DNA from: the human T2T-CHM13v2.0 reference genome, Homo sapiens
Length of the DNA: 64,000 nucleotides
Strand: one strand, 5' to 3'
Assembly: GCF_009914755.1 (NCBI RefSeq)
Contig: NC_060931.1
Shown: piece after piece, positions 49,733-64,000 of the stretch
How positions within the stretch are numbered: position 1 is the stretch's first letter
How the letters are laid out: every line of letters starts with the position of its first letter
Notes under the pieces: generated by a model
What the model was told of the DNA's origin: nothing
Seen by the model: only the letters and a program-made list of their open reading frames with translations
The model's database searches: none
Position numbers and translations under genes: made by a program

Positions 49733-50071
49733 GGGCTGGGTGTGGTGGCTCACACCTGTAATCCCGGCACTTCGGGAGGCTGAGGCAGAAGGATTGCTTA
49801 GGACTACAAGTTGGAGACGAGCCTGGGGAATGTAGCAAGACCTCATCTCTGCAAAAATTTTTTTTAAAAAATAGTCAGGTGTTGTGGTGCCTGCCTGTAG
49901 TCCTAGCTACTCAGGAGGCTGAGGTGGGAAGATTGCTCCCTCCCACGATCCATGGTTACGGTCAGCTGTGATCGTGCCACTGAACTCCAGCCTGGGCAAC
50001 ACAGAGAGACCTGACTCGAAGGAAGGGAGGAAGGGAGGGAGGGAGGGAGGAAGGGAGGGAGGAAGGGAAGG
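49733..50071 (+). mobile_element. AluJ whose tail has become a (GGAA/GGGA)n polypurine tract (50019-50071)
   Basis: Diverged dimer followed by gaaggaagggaggaagggagggagggaggg... Confidence 0.83.
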
Positions 50072-50226
50072 AGCCTTAAAACCTAGACACTGGAGAAGGA
50101 AGAAGGCAAATTCTAGAGAACTTTCAAAAGTTGGAATGAGGGTTAAGGGGTTTTCCTGGTGTATGGCTTTTAGTCATAAGGAAGCTTTAGTTGTTAACAA
50201 AAAATCTAAAAGAAAACCACAGTTTT

Positions 50227-50593
<367 letters not shown>

Positions 50594-51046
50594 CTAAGAG
50601 AGAATCAAAGGGAAGGGACTTAGAGCACGTAGGAGAGGAGGTGGTGGCCTCAGGGAATCATTGCTTCTCGGGGAGAAAGAGGAAGTAAGATAGGGAGGGG
50701 TCCCTTAGAGACTTGGTGGCAAAGGAAAAAAATGAAACGAGAAATGAAAGGTCCACAGAAACAAAAGCAAATCACAAAAACAGAGGCCACGAAAACGCTT
50801 CCCCCTACAAAAATAACAGCACTGTTATTTTGTAAAAGTGAACTTTACCAACAGAAGAGAGCATTTTTTTGAACCAAGAAACACAGTCGCCATTCCAAAC
50901 CTTCACCCATTTGCACACCACTGTCATTGCATTGTTACAAATAAAACAGCAGATCCTAATGCATGCAGGTGACTAGAAGTAAACCGAAGCAAGAAATAAA
51001 ACATTTCAGCTGGTGGAAAAATATTCCCCCCAAAATTGTCTAGACG

Positions 51047-51431
51047 GGCCAGGCGCAGTGGCTCACGCCTGTAATCCCAGCACTTTGGGAGGCGGAGGAA
51101 GGCAGGCAGATCACCTGAGGTCAGGAGTTTGAGACCAGCCTGGCCAACATGGCGAAACCCGTCTCTACTAAAATTACAAAAATTAGCCGGGTGTTTCCTG
51201 TTTACCCAGGAAATTCAAATGGATTTAGGAGCTCTGTGTTAGGATGTTACTATCACCTCCATCACACAGGAAATTATGAGGGTTTTAGGAGCTCTGTGTC
51301 AGGAACCAGATCAAAGAACAAATGTTTGAACAAAAGATGCCCCTAGCACCACTATCACTCAGGAAATTACAAGGAGCTCTGTGTCAGAAACCAGAGGCAG
51401 AGATCAAATATATATATTTTATTATGCCACA
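51047..51431. mobile_element. Alu left arm (+, 51047-51194) fused to a MER21-like LTR fragment (-, 51195-51431)
   Basis: The Alu stops abruptly after aattagccgggtgt. Three caggaaatt...aggagctctgtgt units follow, ending ttattatgccaca, typical of MER21. Confidence 0.7.
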
Positions 51432-51984
51432 CGTGGTGAAGTGTCGTGTTGTCCACAAGTTATCTCAAATGGTAAAGAAAAAAAAGTCTATATGTGTACA
51501 CACAAATACACAGAAAGATATGTCTCAAAATCTTAATGAGTGTCAAATCTAGGTGAAGGGTATATGGGTGAATTATATTATTCCTACAAATATATTGCAA
51601 AAAAGTTCTGTATTGAAATTCTTCCAGGAGACTACAAGCATACCATGAAAAGGATAAACAAAGCCGACTCTTTTTTCTTTGCCAACACTAATTAAATTGA
51701 CAGCACTCCCAGGTGACAGTAATTGAGAAAGAGACTGAGAGAGAACAAATTACCAATATCAGGAATGAAAAGAGGTACTCCACCTCAGATAATAAAAGGA
51801 TATTATATTTGCTTTCTGCAGATTTGAAAATGTAGATGAAATGGAAAGATTTGAGATGCAGCTTGGTAACTCCTATTAAAAAAAAAAAAGAAAGAAAACA
51901 GCCCGCTGGGATTTTGATTGAAATTTCATTGAATCTATAAATTTATTTAGGGAGAATTGACATCTTTACAATGTCAAGCTTATT

Positions 51985-52148
51985 ATTATTATTTTTTTTA
52001 AGACAAAGTCTCACTCTGTTGCCCAGGCTGGAGTGCAGTAGCGTGATCACAGCTCACTGCAGCCTCAACTTCCTGGGCTCAGGTGATTCTCCCACCTCAG
52101 CCTCCTGAGTGGCTGAGACTACAGGTGCATGCCACAATGCCTGGCTAA

Positions 52149-52182
<34 letters not shown>

Positions 52183-52298
52183 TAGAGATGGGGTTTTGCC
52201 TGTTGCCCAGGCTGGTCTTGAACTCCTGGGCTCAAGCAATCCTTCCACCTCGGCTTCCCAAAGTGCTGGGATTACAGGCATGAGCCACCATGCCCGGC
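51985..52298 (-). mobile_element. AluJ with expanded T linker
   Basis: Dimer with a central run of about 31 T. Confidence 0.88.
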
Positions 52299-52544
52299 CT
52301 ATGTTGAGCTGTTTAATTCATAACCAAGGTATTCATTTATTTAGGTCTCCTGTGATATTTCTCAAAGAGATTGTAGAGTTTTCCTAGAATTCTTGCAACA
52401 CAATGGTCAGATGTGTTGTAAGGTCCAGAGTTGAGATTTCAGCAAGGGACCCAATAAACAGAAGGTCCCTAGAGCCAAAACACATACTTAGTCAGGAGAT
52501 TCAGGAGCATGTGTCTCACCAATTAGTCTTTTGAACAACGTGGC

Positions 52545-54058
<1,514 letters not shown>

Positions 54059-54245
54059 AACATGGTTATTATCTGCATGTCTAAGGCAGAGTACACGTGG
54101 GACCAGATGGGATCATAAAGTGTTCCAAAGGTTAACCAATTTAGGGGTATTATAGCTGTCATCATAGAAGTAGCATGATCCATACTACATTTATAGCCTA
54201 TCTGTGAAAGGCAAAACCTTGAAGCCTTTAGAATACAAATAGGAT

Positions 54246-54469
54246 AGAGTTTTCTTAACCTTGGTACTATTGACATTTTCGGCCAGATAATCCTTTTTTT
54301 GTGGAAGGCTCTCATGTGCATTGTAGGATGGTTTAGCAGCATAAGTGGCCACTAGATGTCGATCTGTTACTCTAGATGTCTGTAACAACCAGTTTTGACA
54401 ACCAAAAATGTTTCCAGACATTGCTAAATGTATCCTGGGGCAAAAGTTACCCCTAGTTGAGAACTGCTG
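54246..54469. mobile_element. MER20 hAT-Charlie element
   Basis: actattgacattt...gtgcattgtaggatg...gacaaccaaaaatgtttccagacattgc...gttgagaactgctg. Confidence 0.85.
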
Positions 54470-57325
54470 ATAAACAAGAATATCTTCACGATTTCAGTGT
54501 AGGAGGAAAATATTTAAATATGTCACAGATAACCATAAAGGAAAAGGTTGATAAAGTTGATAATATTGAAATTAATAATTTCTTTCTGCAATAGATATAA
54601 AAAGAATAATAGATCGTGACCAAATAGAGCTTGTCTCTAGAATGCAAAGCTTGATCAACATTTAAAATAAATCAATGTCACTTATCAAATCAACTGACTT
54701 AAGAAGGAAAATCACATTGTCATCTCAATAGATTTAAAAAAATTTGATGAAATGCATCACCCATTCATGATAAAAATTCCCTATGGACTAGGAATAGAAG
54801 GCAACCTTCTCAATATAAGTTTTCTACAAAGAAACAAATTAAAAAACAAACATTTCACAATTAACCTCACACTTAATGGTGAAAATAGAATAGTTTTCCC
54901 TTCAGATGAGGAACAAATCAAAGATAGCCACTCTTACTACTTCTATTTAACACTGCACTGGAGGTTCTAGCCAGAACAAAAAGGCAAGAAAAAAAGAAAA
55001 TCATATAGATTGAAAAAGAAGAAATAAATCTTTATTGACATGTCCACATGATTATGTAGAATATTTCAAAACATGAATCTGCAAAATATGCTATTAAAAC
55101 TAAAAGTGAGTTTAGCAAAGTTATGGGATACAAGATCAATATACAAGAATCTGGTTATTTCTATATACTAGCAATGAACAATCAGAAATAAAATTTTTTT
55201 AAAACATCATTTGAAAAGGAAATACAAAATAGTAAGAAAACAACAAAATAGCAATAATAAGTCCTTACTTATCAATAATTACTTTAAATGTAAATAGATT
55301 AAACTCTCCAATCAAAAGACAGCATGTCTGAATGGATAAATAAAAACAAGATCCAACAATATACTGCCTATGGGAAACTCACTTTAGGCTTAAGGACACA
55401 CATAGGCTGAAAATGATGGGATGCAAAAAAAATTCCAAACAAATAGTAACAAAAAGAGAGCAGGGTGGTTATACTTACATTAGACAAAATAGACCTTCAG
55501 TCAAAATCTGTTACAAGAGGCAAAGAAGGGCACTATATAATGGAAAAGGGGTCAGTTCATCAAGAAGATATAACAATTGTAAATATGTATGCACCTAACA
55601 TTGTAGCAACTGAAGCAAATATTTAAAGAAAATATTAACACAGCTGAAGAGAGAAACAGCAACATAATGGTAGAGAACTTTGCAACTCCACTTCCAACAA
55701 CAGATCAATCATTTAGATGGAAAATCAATAAGGAAACAGTAGGCTTGAATAACACTATAGACCAAATGAAACTTACAGACATAGCATTCTGCCCAACAGC
55801 AGCAGAATATACATTCTTCTCAAGTGCACACATTCTCCAGGATAGATCATATGTTTGGGACACAAAAGAAGTTGTACAGATTTAAGAAGACTGAAATCAT
55901 TTCAAGTATCTTTTGTGACTACAGTGATATAAAACTAGAAATCAATAATAAGAATAATTTTGGAAAATTTACAAGTTTGTAGAAATTAAACACCACACTC
56001 CTGAATGACCAGTGAATCAAAAAATAAATCAAAATTGAAATTAAAAAGTACCGAGATAGAAAAAAATGGAAACACAACATACTAAAACTTATGAGATGCA
56101 GCAAAGGCTGTTCTAAGACAGAAGTTTAGAGCAATAAATGCCTACATTTAGAAAAAAAGAAAAATATCAAAATAAACAGCTTAACTTCCCACCTCAAAGA
56201 ACAAGAAAAAGAAAAACAAACTAAGCTCAAATTCAGCAGATGTAAGGAAATAATAAATATTAGAGCAGAAATAAATCAGAGACTAGAAAAAAAATAGAAA
56301 AGGTCAACAAAACTAAGAGTTGGTTTTTTGAAAAGATAAAAAAAGTGACAAAACTTTAGCTAGACTAACCAAGAGAAAAAGGCATAGGACTTGAATAAAT
56401 AAAATTTAAATGAAAGAGGAGTTATTACACATGATGGCACAGGAATATGAAGGATCCTGAGACTGCGATGAACAACGATATGCCAGCAAATTGGATAACC
56501 TAGAAGAAATGGATAAATTCCTAGAAACATACAATCTTACTTATCCATAATTACTTTAAATGTAAATGGATTTAACTCTACCAAGAGTAAATCATGAAGA
56601 AATAGAAAATTTGAACAATAATGAATAAAGAGATTGAACCCATAATCAAAAACCTCCCAGGACAAGACGGCTTCACTAGAGAATTCTACCAAACATTTAA
56701 CGAAGAATTAATCCCAATCCTCCTCACTCTTGCAAAAAATTGAAGTGGAAGAAACACCTTCAACTTCATTTTATGAGGCCAGTGTTACCCTGATACCAAA
56801 GTCAGACAAGAACAATAAAAGAAAATAAAATTATAGGCCAATATCCCTGATGAACATAGATGCAAATATCCTCAAGAAAATACCAGTAAATTGAATCCAA
56901 CAGCCTGCCAAAAAGATCATTCACCATAATCAATTACAATTTATTCCTGGGAAATGCAAGGATGTTTCCACATATGCAAATCTATAAATGTGATATGCCA
57001 TATTAACAGAATGAAAGACAAAAACAATATGATCATCTCAAAAGATGAAGAAACAGAATTTGATAAAATTCAACATCCTTTCATGACAAGAACTCTTAAC
57101 AAATTAAGCATAGGAGAAATGTACCTCAAATAAAGTTCATATATGACAAGCCCACAGCTAACATTATCAACAGTGAAAAGTTAAAAGCTTTTCTTATCAT
57201 ATCAGGGACAAGGGTGCCATATCTCACCACTTCCACTCGACATAGTACTGGAAGTCTTAGCTAGAGCAATCTGTAAGAAAAAGAAATAAAAGCCACCCAA
57301 ATTGGAAAAAAAGAAGTCAAATTTT

Positions 57326-57466
57326 CTCTAAATAAATATATATATATGTTTCTTGGGAAATATATATATTCTTTGGAAATATATATATTTTATATATGTA
57401 TATATTATATATATGTTTATATGTATTCATATATATGTATATTCTTTGGAAATATATTTCCAAATA
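57326..57466. repeat. AT-rich (TA)n-like low-complexity tract with repeated ttctt(t/g)ggaaatatata unit
   Basis: Read directly. Confidence 0.85.
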
Positions 57467-58477
57467 AATTGTTGGATAACCTAGAAGAAATAGATAAATT
57501 CCTAGAAACATACAACCTACCAAGATTAAATTGTGAAGAAACAGAAAATGTGAACCAATAATGAACGAAGAGGTTGAACCCATAATCAAAAACTTCCCAG
57601 GACAAGATGGCATCATTAGAGAATTCTACCAAATATTTAAAGAATTAATGCCAATCCTCTTCACTCTTGTACCTATAAACCACACCATACCAAGTAGTAT
57701 TCCTTGTTGTGTATATATATATGGGTACATGCACTTGTATGTTTATCACAGCAGTATCCATAATAGCAAAGTCATGGAAGCAACCTAAGTGTTCATCAAC
57801 ACAGGACTGGATAAAGAATATATATGTATTTCTCTGATGATTATGATTTTGAACATTTTTTCACATTTGTTGGCTACATGCATGTCTTCTTTTGAAAAAA
57901 AATATATATACTCAGCCATAAAAAAGAATAAAATCAAGACTTTTGCAGCAACATTGGCCTAACTGAAATGACTTAGAAAGTCAAATACTCCATGCTCTCA
58001 CTTATCAGTGGGAGCTAAACAATGGGTACATATGGACACACAGAGGGAAGAATCGACATTGGAGACTCCAAAGAATGGGAAAATGGGAGAGGAGTGTGGC
58101 TTGAAAACCTACCTATTGGGTGCAATGCTCACAACTTGGGTGATGGGTGCACTGAAAGCCTAGACTTCATTGCTACACAATAATGCATGTAAGAAAGTTG
58201 CATGCACTTGTCCCCCTAAAAATTAAAATTAAAAATTAAAGAAAATAAAATCAGTTAGGTTTCTCTACACTAACAATGAACTGTCCAAAAAAGAAATTTA
58301 AAAAAAAATCCCATTTACAATAGCATGAAAAAGAAGAAAACACTTAGAAATAAATTTAACCTAGAGGGTAAAAGATCTATACACTGAAAACTATAAAACA
58401 TTGATGAAAGAAATGAAATATGCAAACCAGTGAAAAGATATCTTGTGTGTGTGGATTGGAAGAACTAATACTATCAA

Positions 58478-58788
<311 letters not shown>

Positions 58789-58792
58789 CTAA

Positions 58793-59130
<338 letters not shown>

Positions 59131-59382
59131 GCAATATACAGTTTCAATGCAATCCTTATTAAAATTCGAATGTCATTTTTTATCAAAGATAGAAAAAACA
59201 ATTCTAGAAAATATATGGAACCACAGTAGACCCCAAGTAGTCAAAGCAAACTTGAGAAAGAAGAACAAAGCTGGAGATATCACATGCTCTGATTTCAAAC
59301 TATATTATAAAGCTATACTAATCAAAACAGTACGGTATTTGCATAAAAACACATGCATAGACCAATGGACCACAAGAGAGAT

Positions 59383-59762
<380 letters not shown>

Positions 59763-60156
59763 TCAATGGGGAAAGGATAGTCTCTTTTATAAATGGTATT
59801 GGAAAAACTCGATATTCACATGCAAAAGGATGAAACTGGATCACTGTCTTACACCATACACAAAAATTAACTCTAAATTGATTAAAGACTTAAACGTAAG
59901 ACTTGAAACTGTAAAACTCCTAGAAGAAAACATAGGAAAAAAACTTCTTGACATTAGCCTTGGCAAGGATTGTTTTGGATTAGATACCAAAAGCATAGGC
60001 AGCAAAAGCAAAAATAGACAAATGGGACTGCATGAAACTAAAAAGCTTCCACACAGCAAAGGAAGCAGTCAACCAAATGAAAAGGCAATCTGTGGAATAA
60101 GAGACAGTTTTTGCAAACCACACATCTGATAAGGGATTAATATCCAAAATATATTA

Positions 60157-60663
<507 letters not shown>

Positions 60664-61907
60664 AGGATGACTATTACCAAAAAGGCAAGAGATAACAAGC
60701 ATCTCTTGGGGTGAGAGGTGTGGAGAAAAGGGTACCCTTGTAAATTAGTGCAGCCATCATGGAAAACAGTATGGAAATTCCTCCAAAAATTAAATATAAG
60801 AACTACCATATGATCCAGCAACCCCACTTCAGGATATATATCCAAAGGAAACGAAGTCAGTATCTAGAAGAGATATTTGAACTATGTTCATTACTGCATT
60901 ATTCACCATTGCCAAGATATGGAAACTACCTAAGTGTCTATCAGTGGGTGAATGGATAAAGAAAATGTGACTCATATACACAATGGAATAGTATTCAGCC
61001 TTAAAAAAGGAAATACTGACATTTGCAACATGGGTAAACCTAGAGACATTAAGCCAGACACAGTAAAACAAATATTGCATGATCTTACTTATCTGTGGAA
61101 TCTAAAAAAGTGGAACTTATAGAAGGAGAGAGTAGAATGGTGGTTCCTAGGGTCTGGGGGTGGGGAAATGGGGAGATATTGTTCAAAAGGTACAAGCTTT
61201 CAGTTACAAGATAAATAAGTTCTGGGGGTCTAATATACAACATAATGACTATAGTTCATTATACTGTGTTTTTAAAAATTTGATAAGAGAGATTTTAACT
61301 GTTCTTTCCCTCTCTGCCCCATTAATGGCAACTATGGATGGGGATGGATGTATTAATTTGATTGTGGTATTCATTATGCAACATATACATATATCAAATC
61401 ATCACATCGTACATCTTCACTATATACAGTTTTATTTGTCAAGTATATCTCAAAATATCTGGAAAATAAAAGTACCTTTTGCAATAGCATCAAAAAAGAA
61501 AAAAAGGTGCAAACTTTGTATAAAAATTACAAAATGCTGGCGAAAGAAATCAAAGAGACCTATCTGCGGAGATATCCTATGTTCATGGATTTGAAGAGTC
61601 AATATGAAGATGCCAATTCCCCCCAAACAGATCTATAGATCCAATGCAATTCCAATCAACATTCCAGAAGACATTTTTTGCAGGAATTGAGAAACAAATT
61701 CTATGATTTAAAGGGCAAGGCAAAGGACTCAGAATAGTCAAGGAAATTCAAAAACTAAAACAGTTGGGAAGATTCATGCTACCTGATCCCAGGAGTTACT
61801 CTAAAGCTACAGGAATCAAGACTGTACAATGGTGAAAAGATAGACACATGGACCAATGGGACAGAACAGAGTCCAGAAATAGACTCACATATAGTGAATT
61901 GATTTTT

Positions 61908-61944
61908 CTTTCTTTTATTTTTATTATACTTTAAGTTCTAGGGT
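61908..61944 (-). mobile_element. Extremely 5'-truncated L1PA insertion (37 bp)
   Basis: Tail plus ttatactttaagttctagggt between two copies of gtgaattgattttt. Confidence 0.85.
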
Positions 61945-63548
61945 GTGAATTGATTTTTGACAAAGGTCAAAAGGCAATTCAGTAGAGACAGGATTTCTTA
62001 GATTCAACACTAACAGCACAATCCATAAGTAATGAATTAGTAAATAATACTTTATTAAGAAAACCAAACTTCTGCTTTTTGAAAGACACTATTAAGAGTC
62101 TAAAAAGACAAGCCATATACAGGAGAAAATTTTCCAAAACGTATAGCCAATGAAGGGTGCATCCAGAACATATAAAGAAGTCCCAAAATTCAAAAATAAG
62201 AAAACGAAAATTCAACTAAAAAGTGGAATAAATATTTGAACAGTAATTTCAAATCATATATATATATATATATATGTCTAGCAAAGAAGGACACTAGTCA
62301 TTAGGAAAATGTAAATTATAATGACAATCACTATGTATGCCAAGTGCTGGTGAGGGTGTGGAGCAACTGGCTCTTTCTTATGCTGCTGTGGGAATGTAAA
62401 AGGGTTCAGCCATTCTGGAAACAGTTTGGCCATTTCTTAGAAAATTAAGCATGCACTCACCATATAATCTAGCCATTCCACTCCTTAAAGGAAAATTTAA
62501 GGCTGCACAAAAGTCTTAAACAAGTGTTTATAGAGGCTTTATCCAAAATCAACAAAAAGCCTGGAAAGCAACACAAATGCCCTTCAACAGGTGAGTGGAC
62601 AAACTGTGGTGCGTCCCAAAGAATGGAGTATTACTCAGCAATGAAGACTGGATGATTGACACATGCAGCATTGATAAATCTCAAATGCATGATGCTAAGT
62701 GAAGGAAGCCAGACTCAAAAGGCTTCAAACAGTACGTGTCCATTTATATGGAATCCTGGAAAGGGCAAAAGTTTCCTTGACAGAAACAAATCAGTAGTTG
62801 CTCGGGGCTGTGGATCAGGAGTGGTGGCTACAAAGGAGTGACAACAGGGAATTTTGGAGTGTGGTGCAATTCTGTGTTTCGATTGTGGTGGTGGTTATGC
62901 CATTAGGTGTATTTGTCAAAACCCACAGACTTGTTTACTAAAAAAGGTGAATTTTAGCAGAAAAATTAAAAATCAACTCCTGTTCATTAAAAGACACTGT
63001 AATGACAGGACAAGCCATAAAGATCTCTGCTCTATATAACCAACAAAGAAGAGATATCCAGAATACATAAAAGGTTTTATGAGTTAAAAACTGAAGAGCA
63101 AAATTGGCAAAAACTTGAACAATCACCCTACGGAGAGAGATAGAAACATCCATTAAATATGAAACGGTGCAAAATCACCTCAAAATGGCTTACAAACTTA
63201 AATGTAAGACCTGAAACTGTAAAACTCCTAGAAAAAAAAAAAACAGGGGAAATGCTCCAAGACATTGATTTGGGCAAGGATTTCTTGGAAATGATCCCAA
63301 AAACGCAAGTAACAAAAGCAAAAATAAACAAATGGAATTGCATTAAACGAAAAAGCATCCGCAGAGCAAAGAAAACAAGTAACAGAGTGAAAAAACAACC
63401 ACAACCACAGACGGGGAGAAAATATTTGCAAACCTCACATCTGATAAAAAAATTAACACCCCCAAATACATCAAGGGCTCAAAGGACTCAACAGCAAAAA
63501 ACCAAAGAACTCAATTTAAAAATGGGTAAAGGGCCCAAATAGACATTG

Positions 63549-63830
63549 TCCTGTAATCCCAGCACTTTTGGAGGCTGAGGCAGGCAGATAACTCGAGGTC
63601 AGGAGTTCTAGACCAGCCTGGTCAACATGGTGAAACCCTGTCTCCCCAAAAAATACAAAAATTAGCTGGGTTTGGTGGTGGGCACCTGTAATCCCAGCTA
63701 CTTGGGAGGCTGAGGCAGAATTGCTTGAACCCAGGAGAGGCGGAGGTTGCTGTGAGCTGAGATCATGCCACTGCACTCCAGCCTGGGTGATGGAGTGACA
63801 CTTCATTTCAAAAGAAAACAACAACAAAAA
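63549..63830 (+). mobile_element. AluS, 5'-truncated, within L1
   Basis: Begins cctgtaatcccagcact; A-rich tail. Confidence 0.88.
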
Positions 63831-64000
63831 GGAAAATACAGTATACTTACTCCTGCAAGAATGGCCATTATCAAAAAATCAAAAAATAATAGATGTTGGT
63901 GTGGATGCAGTGAAAAGGGAGCACCTCTACACTGCTGGTGGGAATGTAAACTAGTACAACCACCATGGAAAACAGTGTGGAGATTCCTTAAAGAACTAAA

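Noticed and set aside
51195-51400. Three spaced direct repeats resembling a CRISPR-like array
   Set aside because: Degenerate, irregularly spaced internal repeats of a MER21-like LTR in a mammalian genome.

Overview
Primate (almost certainly human) genomic DNA carrying the 3' part of AUTS2 on the + strand. Thirteen coding exons (exons 7-19 in the usual 19-exon numbering, which I recall rather than read from the window) were assembled by hand. All have AG/GT boundaries and compatible phases, and they total 3038 nt ending in TAA at 32647-32649. A roughly 1.9 kb or longer 3'UTR with three poly(A) signals follows. From about 36 kb to the end the window is intergenic-looking and dominated by Alu, L1, MIR, MER5/MER20/MADE1 and LTR (LTR8-like, MER21-like) relics. 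There is no evidence for a second gene, an RNA gene, CRISPR or any prokaryotic system. The most interesting unexplained signal is a dense layer of candidate alternative or unproductive splice sites around the AUTS2 C-terminal exons: (1) a 52-nt stop-containing cassette in intron 17 whose start resembles exon 18; (2) a complete alternative last exon in intron 18; (3) an in-frame +180-nt extension of exon 18; (4) further poison-exon candidates; (5) a six-fold tandem NAG acceptor; (6) a potential stop-free circRNA of exons 11-14. These are motif-level predictions only, pseudo-exons are common, and some may already be annotated. Several unusual retroelement architectures are also noted. Repeat boundaries and subfamilies are by-eye estimates.
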